A stretch of 64,000 nucleotides of DNA from Chiloscyllium plagiosum (GCF_004010195.1 NC_057718.1:59817622-59881621); one strand, 5' to 3'. Shown: positions 11,665 through 26,300, counted from the first letter of the stretch. Translations and numbers: made by a program. The notes: generated by a model not told the origin, from the sequence alone.

Positions 11665-14600
11665 GCAGGAGGGAGATTTCAGCCAGGTGTTTTTTTACCT
11701 TTTAATTTGAAAAGCAGAGGAGTAGCTATACTCATTCAGAAGAACCTTCCATTTCAGTTGTTAGATCAAATTAAGGATGAATGTGGGCAGTTTCTGATCA
11801 TTAAAGCTTTAATGCATGTAGAGGATCTTGAATTTATAATGCCCCCCCCCCGACACACACCCTCAAATTTTTAACGGATGCGCTGTCCAGGTTGATGGCC
11901 CTTGGGATGCATCATACAATTATAGGAGGAGTCTTTAACCGAATTATGGACGCCAAGGTGGATAGGTTGCCTAGAAGTCTTGTGCGTATATTCCCGCAAT
12001 CCAGGCAATTGGTGTACCTGAACAGGGAGCTTGAGTTGGTGGATATGTGGAGATGTCTTCACCCTGAGGTAGGGACTTCACCTTTTTTTCTAACCCATAT
12101 AAGTACTACACTAGGATTGACAAGTTTTTTGCCCCATCAGCCTTTTTGAATTCGGTGCTGTCCTGCTGAATTGGGAATATGACCATTTCTGATCATGCGG
12201 CAGTGTACATGGAGGTTAAGGCCGGTGGTGATGGGATAGGCTTGCGGCACTGGCACATGGATCCTTTCCTCCTGAAGGATAACAAGTTTACTGAGCAGTT
12301 TTCGTGGGAATTTTAAAAAAATAATTGGGACATTAATTTGGGTATGGCCAGTAATCCGTCGGTGCTCTGGGAGACTGCCAAAACCTATGCAAGGGGTTTG
12401 ATTATTTCTTACTCGTCATCTCAGAAGCAGCAGAAGGAAGAGCAGCAGCGTATGCTTGAGGTTTGGCTGAAGGTAGCCAAGACAGCATATTTCGACAGAT
12501 TGTCTCTAACTAAGTTGCAGTGGCTTACAGTCCTCAGGGCTGCTCTGAAAGCTGCATTCTCCCAGAAAGCAAAGAGGGAGATTTCCTTTGTGAAACAAAG
12601 GTTATTTGAGAATGGTGATAAACTGGATAGGTATCTGGCATACCTGGCCAGAAAGAAAGATGCCCACCAATCTATCACATCCATGACAGAGGGTGCTGGT
12701 ACTATCACCTGAGATCCAAGAAAGATTAATGCAGCATTCAGGAAGTTCTACTCTGGGTTGTACTGGTTGGAGGGCTGTGAGGACAGATTGGCGAAAATGG
12801 ACTCCTTTTTTAAGGCCTTGGACCTCCCAGGTATAACTTTTGAATGCCCCTCTGACAATCCAAGAGATACAGGAAGCAGTGAGGCTGTTTCAGAGCGGTA
12901 AGGTGCTCGGCCCAGATGGATTGTGGAGTGAGTTTTAAAAGGCGTTCATTGGCATGCGGGCCGTGCCAATGTTGGACATGTACAATTATTCGTACAGTCA
13001 GGACTGCTCCCATCCTCTCTGAGAAAAGCAAATATTTCTCTTATTCTCAAGAGAGGGAAAGCCCCAGAGGATTGCACTTCGTATAGCCCTATATCGTTAT
13101 TAAACCGGACTTTAAAATTTTGTCAAAAATGCCGGCGTTGAGGCTGGAGAAGGTCTTGCCCTTCATTGTGAGAGAGAATCAGATAGATTTCGTTCAGGCT
13201 CGCAGGTCCTCTAATAATATTAGGAAAGTGCTAAACATGGTTCAGGTGTGCCAGCAAGGTTCGATTCCAGGCTTGGTAATCTCCCTGGATGCAGAGAAAG
13301 CGTTTGACCAGGTGGAGTGGCCATATCTGTTTTATGTCCTGGAACAGTTTGGTCTTGGAGGGGTCTTTGCCAGGTGGGTGTCAGTATTATATAGTGACCC
13401 CAAAGCAGCGGTTCTCACTAATGGTATAAGCTCTGGCAATTTTAGTATTTGCAGAGGCAGCCGACGAGGGTGCCCCATCTCCCTGTTGCTATTTACATTA
13501 GTGATTGAGCCGTTGGCAGAGGCCATTTGGAAGGGCTCCAATACAACTGTCCCGGAGGTAGGATCAGGAAGGCATAAGATCACCCTTTACATAGATGGTG
13601 TTCATTTCTTTCTAATGAACCCGACGATATCTGTGCCCCGTTTAATCTATTTGGCTCTTTCTTGGGGTATAAAATCAATTGCTAGAGAAATCAACTGCTA
13701 AATGCAGTTGCTAGAAAAGATAAGACAGGACCTTCGATGCTGGGAGGATCTTCTGATACCCTGGTTAGGTAGATTAGCATTGCTCAAAATGGATGTTCTT
13801 CCTTGTTTATTATATCCCATGTGAATGCTCCCTTTGATGCTGCCCAGGCAGGCGCTATGGAGGCTTTGCAGTTGGCTCAACTCTTTTATCTGTTGTCACA
13901 GGTGGCCTCTTATTAAGCTCGCCAAATTTGCAGTTTCCGCAGAGGATGGGAGGTGTAGATTTGGTTACCAACTAAGTTCCCTACTATCCAATGTGGCTGA
14001 TCGGGCTTGCCAGGAACCACGGTCAGTTCGGCTGGACATCGAGGCCTCCCAGGCAAAATGTCCCCTCAGTAATCTGTTGTTTATGGACAAGATGAGGACT
14101 GTTATGGACCATTGCAGAAATCCGATTGTCCTGCACACAGTCAAAGCATGGAGAATGATGCAACAAAGTGAGGGCAATTTAGAAAAAATTTGCTCTTTTA
14201 CTCGCATAGTAGGATTGGTAGGATTCTGGCCGGAGTCGATGGATTCTGGCTTTAGGCTCTAGAAGTCCAGAGGTGTTTCCTGTTTGGGAGACTTATTTGA
14301 TGGGGAGGTCATGACATCTTTTGAGCAGCTGAGCCAGAAATATGAACTATGTAGGAGGGACCTCTTTCGTTACTTATAGAATAGGGACTTCATACAGAAA
14401 AAGACTACATTAATGGTTAGTCCTGAGAAGTCGGATATGGAGAGGAGAGTGCTTTGGTCCATGTGCACTCTCTCGGTCAGCACCCTCTATCATTTATTAG
14501 GTGGTAGTGTCTTGAAGGGCATCGAGTGGCTGTGTGGAATTTGGGCTCAGGAATTGGAAGTGGAGCTCTCACCAGAGGAGTGGGAGGATATTTGGGAGAA

Positions 14601-15505
14601 TGTAAGGAAGATTTTGATTTGCAATAGAGTGCAGGCTATGTAACTGAAGGTACTTCACAGGGTTTATTTGGCACTGGAGCGGCTTGTGAAATATAAGACA
14701 GGAATGCCCCCAATGTGCCCCAAATGTAAAATAGATGTTGGTATTCTTACTCATTGCTTGTGGTCATGCCACCAGCTTCATAGGTATTGAGGCGCTATAG
14801 CAAGTGTTTTGGAAGGGGTCTTGGAACCGAGGTTAAGGTAGATCCGGTGTCCCTCCTCTTGGGTTCGCCGAATCATCTCTCTTTGGACGTGCATGGGAAG
14901 ATACTGTTTAATATTCTTTCATTTTGTATGAGGAAGAACATTCTGATGAGCTGGATGTCGGAGCATCCCTAAGGGCTCTCGGGGTGGAGTAGGTTAGTTA
15001 GGGAGCACATCCTCCTGGACTGCCTTACAGGTATGGTGCACCAGAAAACGAAACTTTCTTATAAGATGTGAATCTTCTTGAACCAGAAAAACGCGGACTT
15101 ATCAGCTGTATTGGTTAGAGCCTTTGTGTAGCCATGAGGGCTGTGTCTGGTGGCCCAGGGGCCCCTGGGAGGAAAAATTCTGAACAAATACAGGTATGCC
15201 AACTGATGCACCCAGTGATGGGGGCTTTGGTGGGATTGCACTGAGTGTTGTAATTTCACGTAATTTAATTTAATTTGCCTTGGTTCAGCTCGGTTTAATT
15301 TAATTTTTTTTGTTTTGATTTAGTCATTTATTGAATTGTAGTTTGTGTAGAGGTTTTGTTCCACTAAATTGTTTGTGGAGTAGAGTAGCAGTTTGTTTAT
15401 GGTTATGTTGTTATATTGCAAGATTGTTCTATTATTTTGTAGTATTTTTATATTTTTGTAAAAAATTCAAATCTTCTTCCCAATAAAAATATTTATAAAA
15501 GAAAG
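11665..15505 (+). mobile_element. L1-clade LINE ORF2 plus 3' UTR, 5'-truncated pseudocopy
   Basis: SRGVAILIQKNLPF and IIGGVFN (EN). LWETAKTYARGLIISY. NIRKVLN...LDAEKAFDQVEWPYL...GSRRGCPIS...IEPLA (RT). CPKCK...THCLWSC zinc knuckle at ~14715-14770. T-rich UTR, then AATAAA and an A-rich end at 15482-15505. Many stops and frameshifts. Confidence 0.92.
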
Positions 15506-15574
15506 ACAAGATGGTGATCCTCGGAGAGACAAATACAATACTGTGAGGTAGACTGTGCAATTCAGTCTTTTGAG

Positions 15575-15735
15575 TCTGTTCCTTCATTCAATAAGATCAC
15601 GGTTCATTATCCAACTCAGTACCTTGTTTCTGCTTTCTCCCCCTATCCTTTTGATCTCTTTAGCATGAAGAACTGCATCCAACTCCTTCTTGAAAACATT
15701 CAATTTTTTGGCCTTAACTGCTTCCTATGGCAAGA
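15575..15735 (-). mobile_element. old CR1 3'-end fragment
   Basis: Resembles other CR1 3' regions in the window (CATTCAATAAGATCA..., TCCCCCTATCC, TTCTTGAAAACATTCAAT). Confidence 0.55.
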
Positions 15736-16032
15736 AATGAAGTTCCACAGCACGAAAGGGTGTTTTGTCATTTGCAGCTCCTTTTGAATTTCCTAAATGG
15801 ACTGCTTCTAGATATTTGACTGCATTTTATCCCCTCACTCTTGATCTATTGACAACACATACAGTGGGAAATGGGCAAATCAGAGGACACCTCATAGGCC
15901 TAATGCTGGAAGCAGGCTGTTGGGGGAGGGAGGCTTCATAGCACCCGTTTGTTTGCCTCTCCTCCGTGGTTATATCGGTGCTCAGGGTTCCAACAAGAAT
16001 GTGTGTGTGAAGTTCTTCAGGGACCAGTAGGA

Positions 16033-16145
16033 CATAAGAACATAAGAGCCAGGAGCAGGAATTGGACATCTGGCCTTGTTCTGCCATTCAGTAGAGATCA
16101 TGGCTGATCTTTTCGTGGTCTCAGCTTTTCTCACCCACCCTTGAA
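16033..16145 (-). mobile_element. CR1 3' tail fragment
   Basis: (ACATAAGA)2 terminal repeat followed by GGAGCAGGA...CTGCCATTCA..AGATCATGGCTGATC. Confidence 0.65.
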
Positions 16146-16539
16146 CCTACTTCTTTCTTCATCCCTACCATACAAGAAGCAGAAGTAAACCAGTTACATT
16201 CTTGTTGTTGGATCCCATGGGGACTAGGCCTTAACGGATGGTCTTTAGGATTCAGGAAGCTGTTGCCCTCTGGTGGGAATCCACTGTTGAGACCTGGAGT
16301 AGGCCAACAAGCTCACCAGTCAGCTCTTAACAAAATCTGATGAACTTTCTCAGTAGGTCAATCGCCACTTAACTTGCCTGTTGTCACAGTTAGGTTGCAA
16401 ATCAGAGAATGTGGGCCAAGTTGTCAGAAGCAAGCAGCTGAGATTGTGTGGGTTTTGAGACTGTAAAAGGGTGAGCTATTGTAAGAAAGAGCATGGAATA
16501 GTTAGAAAATCCAGTCTGCAATTTTGTACTCATTGGTGC

Positions 16540-18290
16540 ATCAGGATAGCTTTGAAGTATCATTCCATTTGCTGTGGAGATTAAAGGAGTTATGAAACAG
16601 AATTATGTAGTCTCAACGGCAAAATTATTAACTAGCCACAGAGCTGAACAGAAAGCCTGAACAAGGAAGAACAGCAACTCTGCTATTGGTGCCAGGAGTG
16701 TTCCAGGTTGTTCTCCAGTCTTGACCTCACTGAGGGGCAGAGAAGTCAAATTGGAAGAAACATTGACGACATTGAAGAGCCACTTTTGAATTCTCTAATC
16801 CATGAATCGTGTGTGCGTAACATCAAAGATAAGGAAGATCAGCAGAATACTGATTGGTATGTGACTGCATTATGACATCAAGCTGAATATTGTCAGTTTG
16901 GGGAACTGAAAAAGTATCGTATAAGCAATAGAATTGTTTTAGGAATAAGAGCTCTTGACATGACAGCATGTCTACTGATAAAAGAGAAATCTCAAGAAAG
17001 CTACTGGTAAGTTAAGAAACCCTCAGATTGTCAATCACTACCTCAAGATCATTAATCAGAGAACTGGTGAAGCTTTGCATCATGTTGAGAGACAATCTAG
17101 GCCAAACGAGAACAACATAATGGATGTGAATATTGTAGGATACAGTGTGAAAGAAAAGAAGGCATGTCCAGGGTGAGGACATTAACTTTAGCTGCAAAGA
17201 GCTGAATCGTTTTGCTCACTGAGCTGGAAAGAAGGAAAGTGAACCTGGAAAGATAATTGCTGGAAAGCTGATTGATAATGGTTCTGATGATTCACTCTCC
17301 AACCTAAACTAGATTGGCACCATCGAGTCTAAAGGTGCTAAGTGATTGTTAGAATGATGACTGCTGTACAAGAACATTGAGCTTCACAGACCTTTGCAAA
17401 GTGGTTCAAGGTAGTGGTCTGAAAATGAAGCCCTTCAGGGTAAATTTGAGGCTATAAGATGGAATGATACTCATCCCAAGAAGAAAAGTAAATCAGAGAG
17501 TCCAGTGTAATGGGAAGAAGGAGGATCTGCAGTTCCAGAGATTAAACGTTAAGTGAACTTCATTCATATAAGCTGAAGCAAGTCTGTGGCTTCTACTGGA
17601 ACCCTGCACACACCCAAAGAGATTAGCAGGGAACAAATCCAAATAAATTACAATGATGTTCACTCAGGTGTTGGAGGTATTCCTGGTGAATCTTATCTTA
17701 GTGTTGATGAGAGGGCAAAACTATTGCAGCATCTGCGGGGGGGGGGGGGTCCCCACTGAGCTTAAATCAAGCCTGGAAGATAAGATTGATTAGCTAGCAA
17801 AGAAGAGGGTAATTGAGAATGTCACAACTCCTATGGAATGTATTCGCAGCATGGCAGCAATGAAACAATTTGTAAAACTGAAGGTGTTTTTGGATCCAAA
17901 GGATTTCAATAAATCTTTGAAGAGATCTCAATCCTCCATGCCAATCATTGAAAATATTTTGTCACAGCTTGCCCACATAAATGTGAAAGATGGATATTGA
18001 CAATTGAAGTAGGATATCAGTTTTCTAACTATATTCTGGATGTCATTCAGAAGATGAGGATGTTGTGCTCACTGCTTGGTATTTCTATTGCTCCAGAAGG
18101 GTATCAATGCAGACAGCATGAGGTAGTCAGTAATCTTCCTACTGTGGATAACCTACTAGTTTGTGGATGTGGAAATGTGATGTAAGAAGCCGTTATTGAA
18201 CATAATCAGCATCTAGAAAGGCTGCTAGAGACAGCTTACTAGTTGAAATTGAGGCTTAACAAGAAATAGACTGTATTTGAAGGTACCTAA
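16540..18290 (+). mobile_element. Ty3/Gypsy internal region (gag to RT), heavily decayed
   Basis: gag-like CQFGEL...RIVLGI at ~16890-16950. RT motifs at 17820-18170: TPMECIRSMAAMKQ..KLKVFLDPKDFNKSLKRS..SMPIIENILSQLA, KDGY*Q, GISIAPEGYQCRQHE and VDNLLVCGCG. Confidence 0.85.
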
Positions 18291-18309
18291 TATTAAATAG
18301 ATAGATCAT

Positions 18310-18712
18310 GCTGGAGCTTTGAAGAAGTAGAGGGAGAAGCTTTTTTGTTCCCCCTCCCTCGGTTGCAGCTTTCTCTTCCTGCTGTGGAAGTTGCATGTGA
18401 GAAAATCTGATGTCTGAATTTGCCTTTTTGCCAAAGGGTGTGTCATTACATTGGAACAATTAATTAGTAATTGTTACTGTATCTATTATTCTGTAAAGTT
18501 TTCCAACAGAGTTAAGTTATTCTAAGTTCTTCTTTCCTTTGTTGTACTTTAACTATAGTGCTTGAGAGCATTCTGTTTTGCTTAACACCAAATAGTTTGA
18601 CCAGGTTTGATCAGGAGCACAGCACTTTACATTTGCCTTTAGAATAGGAAAAAGTTAGGACATAGGTTGCATTCATAAAATATTTTGAGGGGGTCTAGTC
18701 TGGTCTATAACA
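18310..18712 (+). mobile_element. partial LTR (3' part), same family as 30312-30948
   Basis: Ends ...TCTGGTCTATAACA. Colinear with the reverse complement of the solo LTR at 30312, sharing AAGGGTGTG, TTGGAACA, TTGCATGTGAGA and AAAAAGTTAGG. Confidence 0.7.
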
Positions 18713-19329
18713 ATATTGGGACAGATGGAATTGGTACAGAATGAGCACACAGTCTTTGTTTAAGTGTAATAATTTTCTTCAAATTCAAATTATACAGCAG
18801 CAGGTTATTTGCAATATGATAGCTTTTTTTTCTTGAAAAAGACAAATTTTTGAAGAAATCTATTTGTAAGGATATTTTGTACAGTGGGATTTGCCATAAT
18901 CATGTGACCCACATATGTGTTTTCAGTATAGAAGGAGGTGCCATTAAAATATACATATGGGTCACCTTAAGGCATAAGATCCATTTGTTCATTTAACTAA
19001 CCACAGTCAACAAATCACGCAAGATAAAAGATCAAACTCAAAGGAAAGTCTCAAAAAGATGCACATCTTATCACTTTCCTTTATGGCTTTGGCAAAGTAT
19101 GACTAGAAACTTGCAAAAGGTAGCAAAACTAACAGTAAGTATTCTTAAATTTATATAAAGCGAAGTCAGGTGGAATATGGACCCATGAAATATATGAAGG
19201 ACAGATTAGAATGGATGATAAGGAATGACTAAATTATTCTCCCATTTTGGCAGTCTATAAAGCGAATTAAGTTCAATCAGCACCAGGATATATAAAAATT
19301 AATCAAAATCTGGATTTTTAAAATAAATG

Positions 19330-19935
19330 TGATAAAGGGGCAATATTAATCATAATAGGATTTAACGATGAAAACTTTCTAAGACTCAATTTTCTCCTGT
19401 TTAATCTACTGAAATAAACAGGTGAGCAAATTGTTGATGTAATTATGATATTTTCCAAAATGTTATTAATCAAGTGGTTTTCAAATGGGATCTTGAGCAA
19501 GACTGGTACCAGTTGATCCATTATTTAAAACAGGATAGAGGGCAAATCTCAGAAACTGCAGTTTAATAACAATTGTCAAAAAGTTATTGAAACTTATTGT
19601 TAGGGACAGAATGACTGATACTTTGAACAAGTATAAGCTGATCAAAGAAAGTCAGCATAAATTTGTGAAGGCTAAATCCTGTTTGAATACGGCTTGGATT
19701 GAAATCAGATTTGACTCTTTTAAGCAAAGGTGGGTGGCAAGGTGGAATTTTCCCACCCAGAAAAGACAAATTATAATTCAAGTTAAATTTTCAGTACTGA
19801 GATTGACTGATTTTTATTAGGTTAAGATATGAAGTGATATAGATCAAGGATAAGTCAGTCAAGGGACTTGTGGGAGAGATCAACCATGGTCCAAATTGCC
19901 TTGGAGGACTGAGTAGCAACTTCTTTTTTAATGTT
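19330..19935 (+). mobile_element. ancient CR1 remnant
   Basis: KLIVRDRMTDTLNKYKLIKESQHKFVKAKSCLN (19587-19690) resembles CR1 RT (SQHGF..GKSCLTN). Decayed tail at ~19810-19935. Confidence 0.65.
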
Positions 19936-22004
19936 TAATTGTACAGATGTTATAAACAAATTATCTTGTTAACTTATTTATTTTCCTTTTTTTATAAACA
20001 TGTTTCAGTTGTAATTCTCCATTAAGAGAAGTTATATTTTTGACCATGCTAAGCAAAACACAGTTGCAGTTGTCCCTTGTGGCCATCCAAACAACTGATA
20101 AAAGAGACTCTTGAGACATTTGAGATTTTCAGAAATTTATTTCAGTATTTAAGAAAATGGTTGGCTTCTCTCGAGGGCAGTTAATTCAGATTAAGCTCTT
20201 TGTAAATAGAGTTTTACTTGTAGTTAAGTATAGTTGTTGAGAGAAACATGAACCAGAATTTTGACTTAGCAGCAGGAGAGCATCCAAAAACCTATGGCAA
20301 TCCTGCTTTGGCCGTTTGTAGGAGCCAGCCAAATTAATGACTGTCCTGCAACAAATTGGCTTCCTTTAGGGTTCCTGCTCCTGTAAAGGATGGGAACCAA
20401 CCCCTGAGAATACCTGACCAATTGTAGGGTCAACAACCACACTAGGAATGCTGGCCATGGATGAGACTGTACTTATCAGGGATAGTGTCATGTGGAAGTA
20501 TGTTTTATTTGCAATAAGGGTTTGGGCTTACTGGTGCCAGTTAGGCAAGTAAGGTTAGGTTGGTGAACGCCCGAGGTATGTTTGCTCTATTGGGGAGTGC
20601 ATGTAGGGATATAGCTCTATTAGGAGGGCAGCCCCAAACCTGTTGGAGAGGCTTCCAAGGTTTACCTGGAGGTTTTTCTACAGCAGCCTTTGGATAGGAC
20701 AGGCTAGTCTCCTCCACTACCAATTGTAGAATGTCATTGCAGTGGAAGGTGATGGGAAATCCATGTACCCTGACACCCCAACCTTCCGTCAGCATTTTAT
20801 GTATTGTCATAGAGATTTCACCCTAGCTCCCTTTCCAGCTCATCCCTTAGGGCTGATAAATTCTATGTCATGGAATTGACTGTTTGATATGACGTAAATT
20901 TAAATCTCTTGCAAGCATCTGTCCATGAGTAGAACCTAAGCATAATTAGATTCCCATTTACTGTTATGCCATTTTTAATCAATTAATTCAGAATAGCTCA
21001 TTTGCTGAGGCCTGCAATTACAGTTATGCAACAGTAATTGGACCACAATATACAATTTAAAGGAAATCCCTGACAAATTCAGGAAGGTTTTCTTGTTGCC
21101 TGCTTAGAAGGGCAACTTAAAATTCAAGATGGTGGGGGAAAGAGGTTCTGGACATTAGCAAGCAAGTCACATGACCTGCCTGTCCGAATAAGAACGGGCA
21201 GCAAAGGTTGAAGTCGAAATCAATCTTTTGAAGCCATCCCATCTGACTAAGATTTAAAAGCCAGTACAAAACACTGATCATTACATTGAATACTTTATGA
21301 ATAATAATTTGAGGAGTTCAGTATTTATACTGTTTAATACCTTTGTCATCTCCAAACTTAACTATTTTTAAAAAGTCCTTACCAACTTTCAGCACATGAA
21401 AATCACAATCTCAACATATTATTTCTGTCATCTCTAATTATTATATGCATGCTCAGCAAGTTATATTAATTTGACTTAACTGTTTCTACTTGAAAGGACA
21501 CATAAAAGAAGTGCATGTGACAGTCTCCTGGAACCTACTGTAATGAAATTCAGTTAATAATACACAAGGGGATTCATATGATATCCTTCATAGATAATTT
21601 CCCTAACTGACTCTAATTGAAAGAGTACATGTATGTACTACGCACTGTGGAAATTTCATGGTTTATACTTTAGCTCAAGGTGTTTAAGATCTCTGGTACC
21701 TTCATCTGAATAGTAGCCTGTGCTGTCACTGTACAATGCTGATCCTGGTAAATGTCTCATTTGGAAGTGATCATTATTAGGGTTATGTGGAGCACTACAA
21801 CGCAATAGAGAACTTTTGTTGTTCCATACACAGTATAACAGTAAATAACGATCGCAAAACAATTATTATCTGCAAGCTGTAACATATTTAATATACAAGA
21901 AGTGATATTTTAATGGTGAATGACAGGTTTTTTTGTATATACCTGAAAGCTGCATAATGCAGGAGTAACACATTGATTTACATTGATTTAGCTCGAGTGA
22001 AAGA

Positions 22005-22597
22005 GCCCATGAAGTCTGCTATACCATTTGATCATGGCTGATCGTTCCTCTACCCAATTCTTCTACCTTCTGCCTGTAGCTTTTGATTCCCTTGGTAATC
22101 AAGGACTTATCTTTCTCTGTCTTAAATGTGCTCAACAGCTTGGCTTCCACAGTCTTCTATGATAATGAGTTCTACAGATTCACCACCCTCTGGCTAAAGA
22201 AATTCCTCCTCACTTCATTTCTAAAGGATCATCCTTCACTCTGAGGCCTTCAGGTCCTAGACTCTCCTAGTGGAAATACCTTTCCCACATTCAGTCTATC
22301 TAGGCCTCTGAGTATTTTTAAAGTTTCGAACAGACTCCCCCAATCCTTCTGAATTCCATCAAATATAGGCCCAGAGTCCTTAACCACTTCTCATATAACA
22401 AGCCCTTCATCCCTGTGGTCATTCTTATAAAGCTCCTCTGGACCCCTTCCAATGCCAATGCATCCTTCCTTAGATAGAGGGCCCAAAACTGCTTAGAATA
22501 TTCCAAATATGGTCTGACCAGAACCTCATACAGCCTCAGCAATACATCTCTGTTCTTCATTCGAACCTTCTCAAAATGAATTCTAAGACTTCATTTA
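22005..22597 (-). mobile_element. CR1 3' fragment
   Basis: ORF 22318-22560 DVLLRLYEVLVRPYLEYSKQFWALYLRKDALALEGVQRSF, followed by a CR1 3' UTR. Confidence 0.9.
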
Positions 22598-22982
22598 CAA
22601 AGAAGAATGTCATATTCATTTCTTTTATAGGTCCTTTGAGGTAGAAACGGTTAAGTCAAATTAATAAATTGTATCTACTTAAGGGAAATCTTAGCAGGAC
22701 AGGTTACCTGCTGACAGCATCTTTTATGACACCAACAATTTGGATCAAATTTAACATCATTGATGCAGATTCAGCATACTGGTTGGAGAACCAGTGGAAA
22801 ACACACATTACTTCTGAGGGGGAGGCTTGACCAGATTAAGTGAGTATTAGACACTCAACTTGCTTATGTTGCACCTCCCCCAGGATTCACTGAGGCACCC
22901 AGGCCTTAGGGTCAGGATGGGGGGTTATAGGAGTTGGGGGGAGGGGGTTGGTGAGAGACTTTCAGTAGACACTCTCAACAAG

Positions 22983-23302
22983 TTAGATTATTAGATTAGA
23001 TTCCCTACAGTAAAGAAACAGGTCCTTCACTCCAACAAGTCCACACCGACCCTCCATAGAGTAACCCACCCAGACACATTCCCCTACCCTATATTTATCC
23101 CTAACTAATGCACCTAACCCATCCAGGCAATTTAGCATGGCCAATTCACCTGAACTCCACATCTTTGGATTGTGGGAGGAAACTGGATTACCCAGAGGAA
23201 ACCTACGCAGACATGGGGAGAATGTGCAAACTCCACACAATAATTGCCAAGGTCCTTGGTGCTGTAAGGTCACAATGCTAACCACTGAGCCATCATGCCA
23301 CC
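22983..23302 (-). mobile_element. HE1-type V-SINE
   Basis: Reverse complement of a tRNA head (GGTGGCATGATGGCTCAGTGGTTAGCA) and V domain, with a (TTAGA)n tail at 22983-23002. Confidence 0.9.
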
Positions 23303-26300
23303 TGATATGTTGGATTCCTTGATCAGACATTGAGTTCCTTTGGAAGAGGAACTGCCTAGAAAGGATGATGGCCAACTGGAGGCATAGAAAAGCCACTTGC
23401 ATACAATCCTAGGCCAGGATACTTTTCAGGATAATTAGTGGTTCAATTGACAACCTCAGTAAAAATGCTGGGCTTCACTTAGGAGCTCGTTTTACCTCCA
23501 GCTCTGCAGGCTTTCTAACATCGAGCAACCTCTATGCACAATTAAATAGACCAGCTACGATTATTCTCATCACAATGGGCTTATAGTGCTGAAAGTAATG
23601 ATGATGTTTGAAGCAACATTATAAATTCAATAATGCGCAAAAATATTCAGATCAAAACTTAATATGGCTGATATGTAAATTTTGGATGAATCATTGCTTC
23701 ACAAAGCAAACTTGGAATTCTGTGTCAGATCTTTTAACTCTGCTGTATCTTTTCCTCAGAAGCTTTGAAATCTAACACTTTGAGAAGAACTCATTGTGTT
23801 GTCAAAGGCTTAAACAAATTCTAATTGTTTTCCTTTGTAGTTGAGACTGAGTTAGTATATCATCCTGTTTGCCTTTCTAACTGCAATCAATCAACAATGC
23901 ACAGTCATGTGACTCCCCAAACCATCTTTTTATGTGCCCATTTCATGGGAGATATTCTGTTTTACAAAATACATAATTTTCTAATTACAATACTGTAATA
24001 GTTGAAATGGGAGGAGTTAAAATGTTCATCTCAACCCAACTTTCAAAGCACCCCCGTGGTCCTGAATCCTGCTCCTGGTCCCCACATACAGGTCCACCCA
24101 GACACTGCATTGTTGCCAGGGGCAAGGTTTGCCATTTAAAGTCAAGGCTTCGTCCCCTGGTGAACTGCAGCTATAGCTGTAGCCGGGTAGGCTGAGAGTC
24201 ACTGAAAGTCATTGAAGGGTACTGGTCCCTTTAGTCTGTCACAGAGATGCTGTCACTATCCAGCTGTCAATGCTCTCAATGCTAAGGGGTGCCCCAAGAC
24301 CAACTGCAAAATGCCAATCAGATTTTGATCATTTCTTTTGGCCCTTGAATTGCCTGCACAAGCTACCCACTGCTTGTATGTAGCCATTCTGTGACTGAAC
24401 TGGCTTTCCTGAAAATGGCTCAGGTGGGACAGTGATAGCAAATCAACATACCTGCCAGTGATGTGAAATTGTATGGACACCAACCTGTCTCCGTGCTTGC
24501 CTCCATCATCCCCTGGAACTCCTGCCGTACCTCATTGATCTTTGCATTACTTGTTCAACATCACCCTGACCTCAGCCAAAACCTCTGACAATCAATACTA
24601 CCTTCCCCTATTTCTCCCACACAGTGATTATCACCATCTTTCTCACATAATTAATGTCAGTCCCTGAAAACCACTGTCTTGTTGATGTGTGAAGATAATT
24701 GGTGTGTTTCATTGTGCGTGGAATCCTCAAGTCTGGGTTTCCCTCCACATTATGGAATTTTAACTGTGTTTTTCTGATCCCAACAATTAGCTGTCCGGAA
24801 GCCAGCCCTGATTGCTGGACTTGACTTCCAGTTGGATGAAAAGTATTCCAAAGTTGGTGGTGGGACCTGGTAGGACTAACATCCTTTTCAGGGTTTGTGC
24901 AGGAAAGGGCAAGTGGCGATCTGATCCAGGAGGTTTTCTGATCCTCAATAGAGAGTAGATGGGCTAACAACAAAGGAGAGTCTAATGGTAGGGGAGTTTT
25001 GACAGCTGGGGGAAAGGAGTACATTAAAGGCAAGTTCCTTCTCCCTTTTGCTAACTATCCTTCACTGCAGCCATTTTGTCTGTCAAATCTGAGTAACTCT
25101 ATCCACCTCAGCTTAACACGCAGAGCAGATGAAATCTGAAACCTCCAACCTCATTAATGCAAAAAATGCTAAACTGACTTTTCTGAGTGGTTGGATTCCA
25201 CTCTCTGCAGCACTGCTGCAAGACCACAAGACTGGCTGATACAGGCTGGCTTCCTGATGGATTCAGCATGTAACCTCCTGCCTGTAGCCAATGCCACCCA
25301 CTTCCTCTTTTAAAGATTCACAAAGATATATTGGCATGGGCTCACTGTAGATATTGTGCAGGAAATATACGCAATCTTTAGCTTTTTTGAGGAATTGCAC
25401 ACTAACGAAAGAGGCTGGATCTTTTTGTAGCCACGTTAAGGTTCATTTCTTAACTATAGTATAACCCTGGTCATCAGGGTAGGGACTGAAATCATGGCCT
25501 CTGGTTCTGTTGTTAGTCCTGACCCTCAGCGCCAGCCCCTAAGTGGTTTCCCTCCAGCCCTCCTACGCTGAGCACTGCTGATCACTCACTGAAGAATAGG
25601 TATTAAATTGAAGTTAGTGTTTCTTTAAAATATCATTTGGTGTGAAAATAAATTAGTTTAAAAGCTACGTCTGTCTTATGATTTTTTAACGAATTTGTGA
25701 GCAACAATACTTAAATCATCAATTTTCCCCATTATAACTAACTGGACGTGTGGTTTAGTTGAATCATGAAACAATGCATAAAAAGATAACAAATCTGTTA
25801 GAGTGACTAATTACACCTCATTGTAAATCAAGCAACCTCCATAATCTGACACATTTCCATATATTCTGTCTTAGTTTCTGCATAAGATCCAGCAATGTAT
25901 CCTTATGAATCTGTCTATGCCTTTTTGGGTGACCACAAAAATATAAAAGCAGCAAAATTAGAAGTCACCAGATTTTCTTTGTTCAAACCAATGTTCTATC
26001 AAATGTTTATTGTATTTTACATTATCACAAACATTCTTGTCATTGCTTCAGTCAACAGAGCAAGCTGATACATTTTTCACGTTATAAGTTACTACTTGGG
26101 CTGCAAGAGATTGCAAATAGATTTTGTGTCCAAGAACGTTTGCTTGTCAGACAGTTTTGAAATCGGATCCTGAATAAAATATAAGCACTGAATTACATTT
26201 AAACTTGTGTTAATTCTGTATATATTAATGTTTCCATACTTCACCGAATTTCAAGAACACCTCTTTTATATTTTTTAAACTTGGTGGTGCCCACTGCTAT

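Noticed and set aside
17737..17748. Poly-G run, and the G-rich tract at 22915-22950
   Set aside because: Simple low-complexity sequence, the first inside a decayed Gypsy. No evidence of function.
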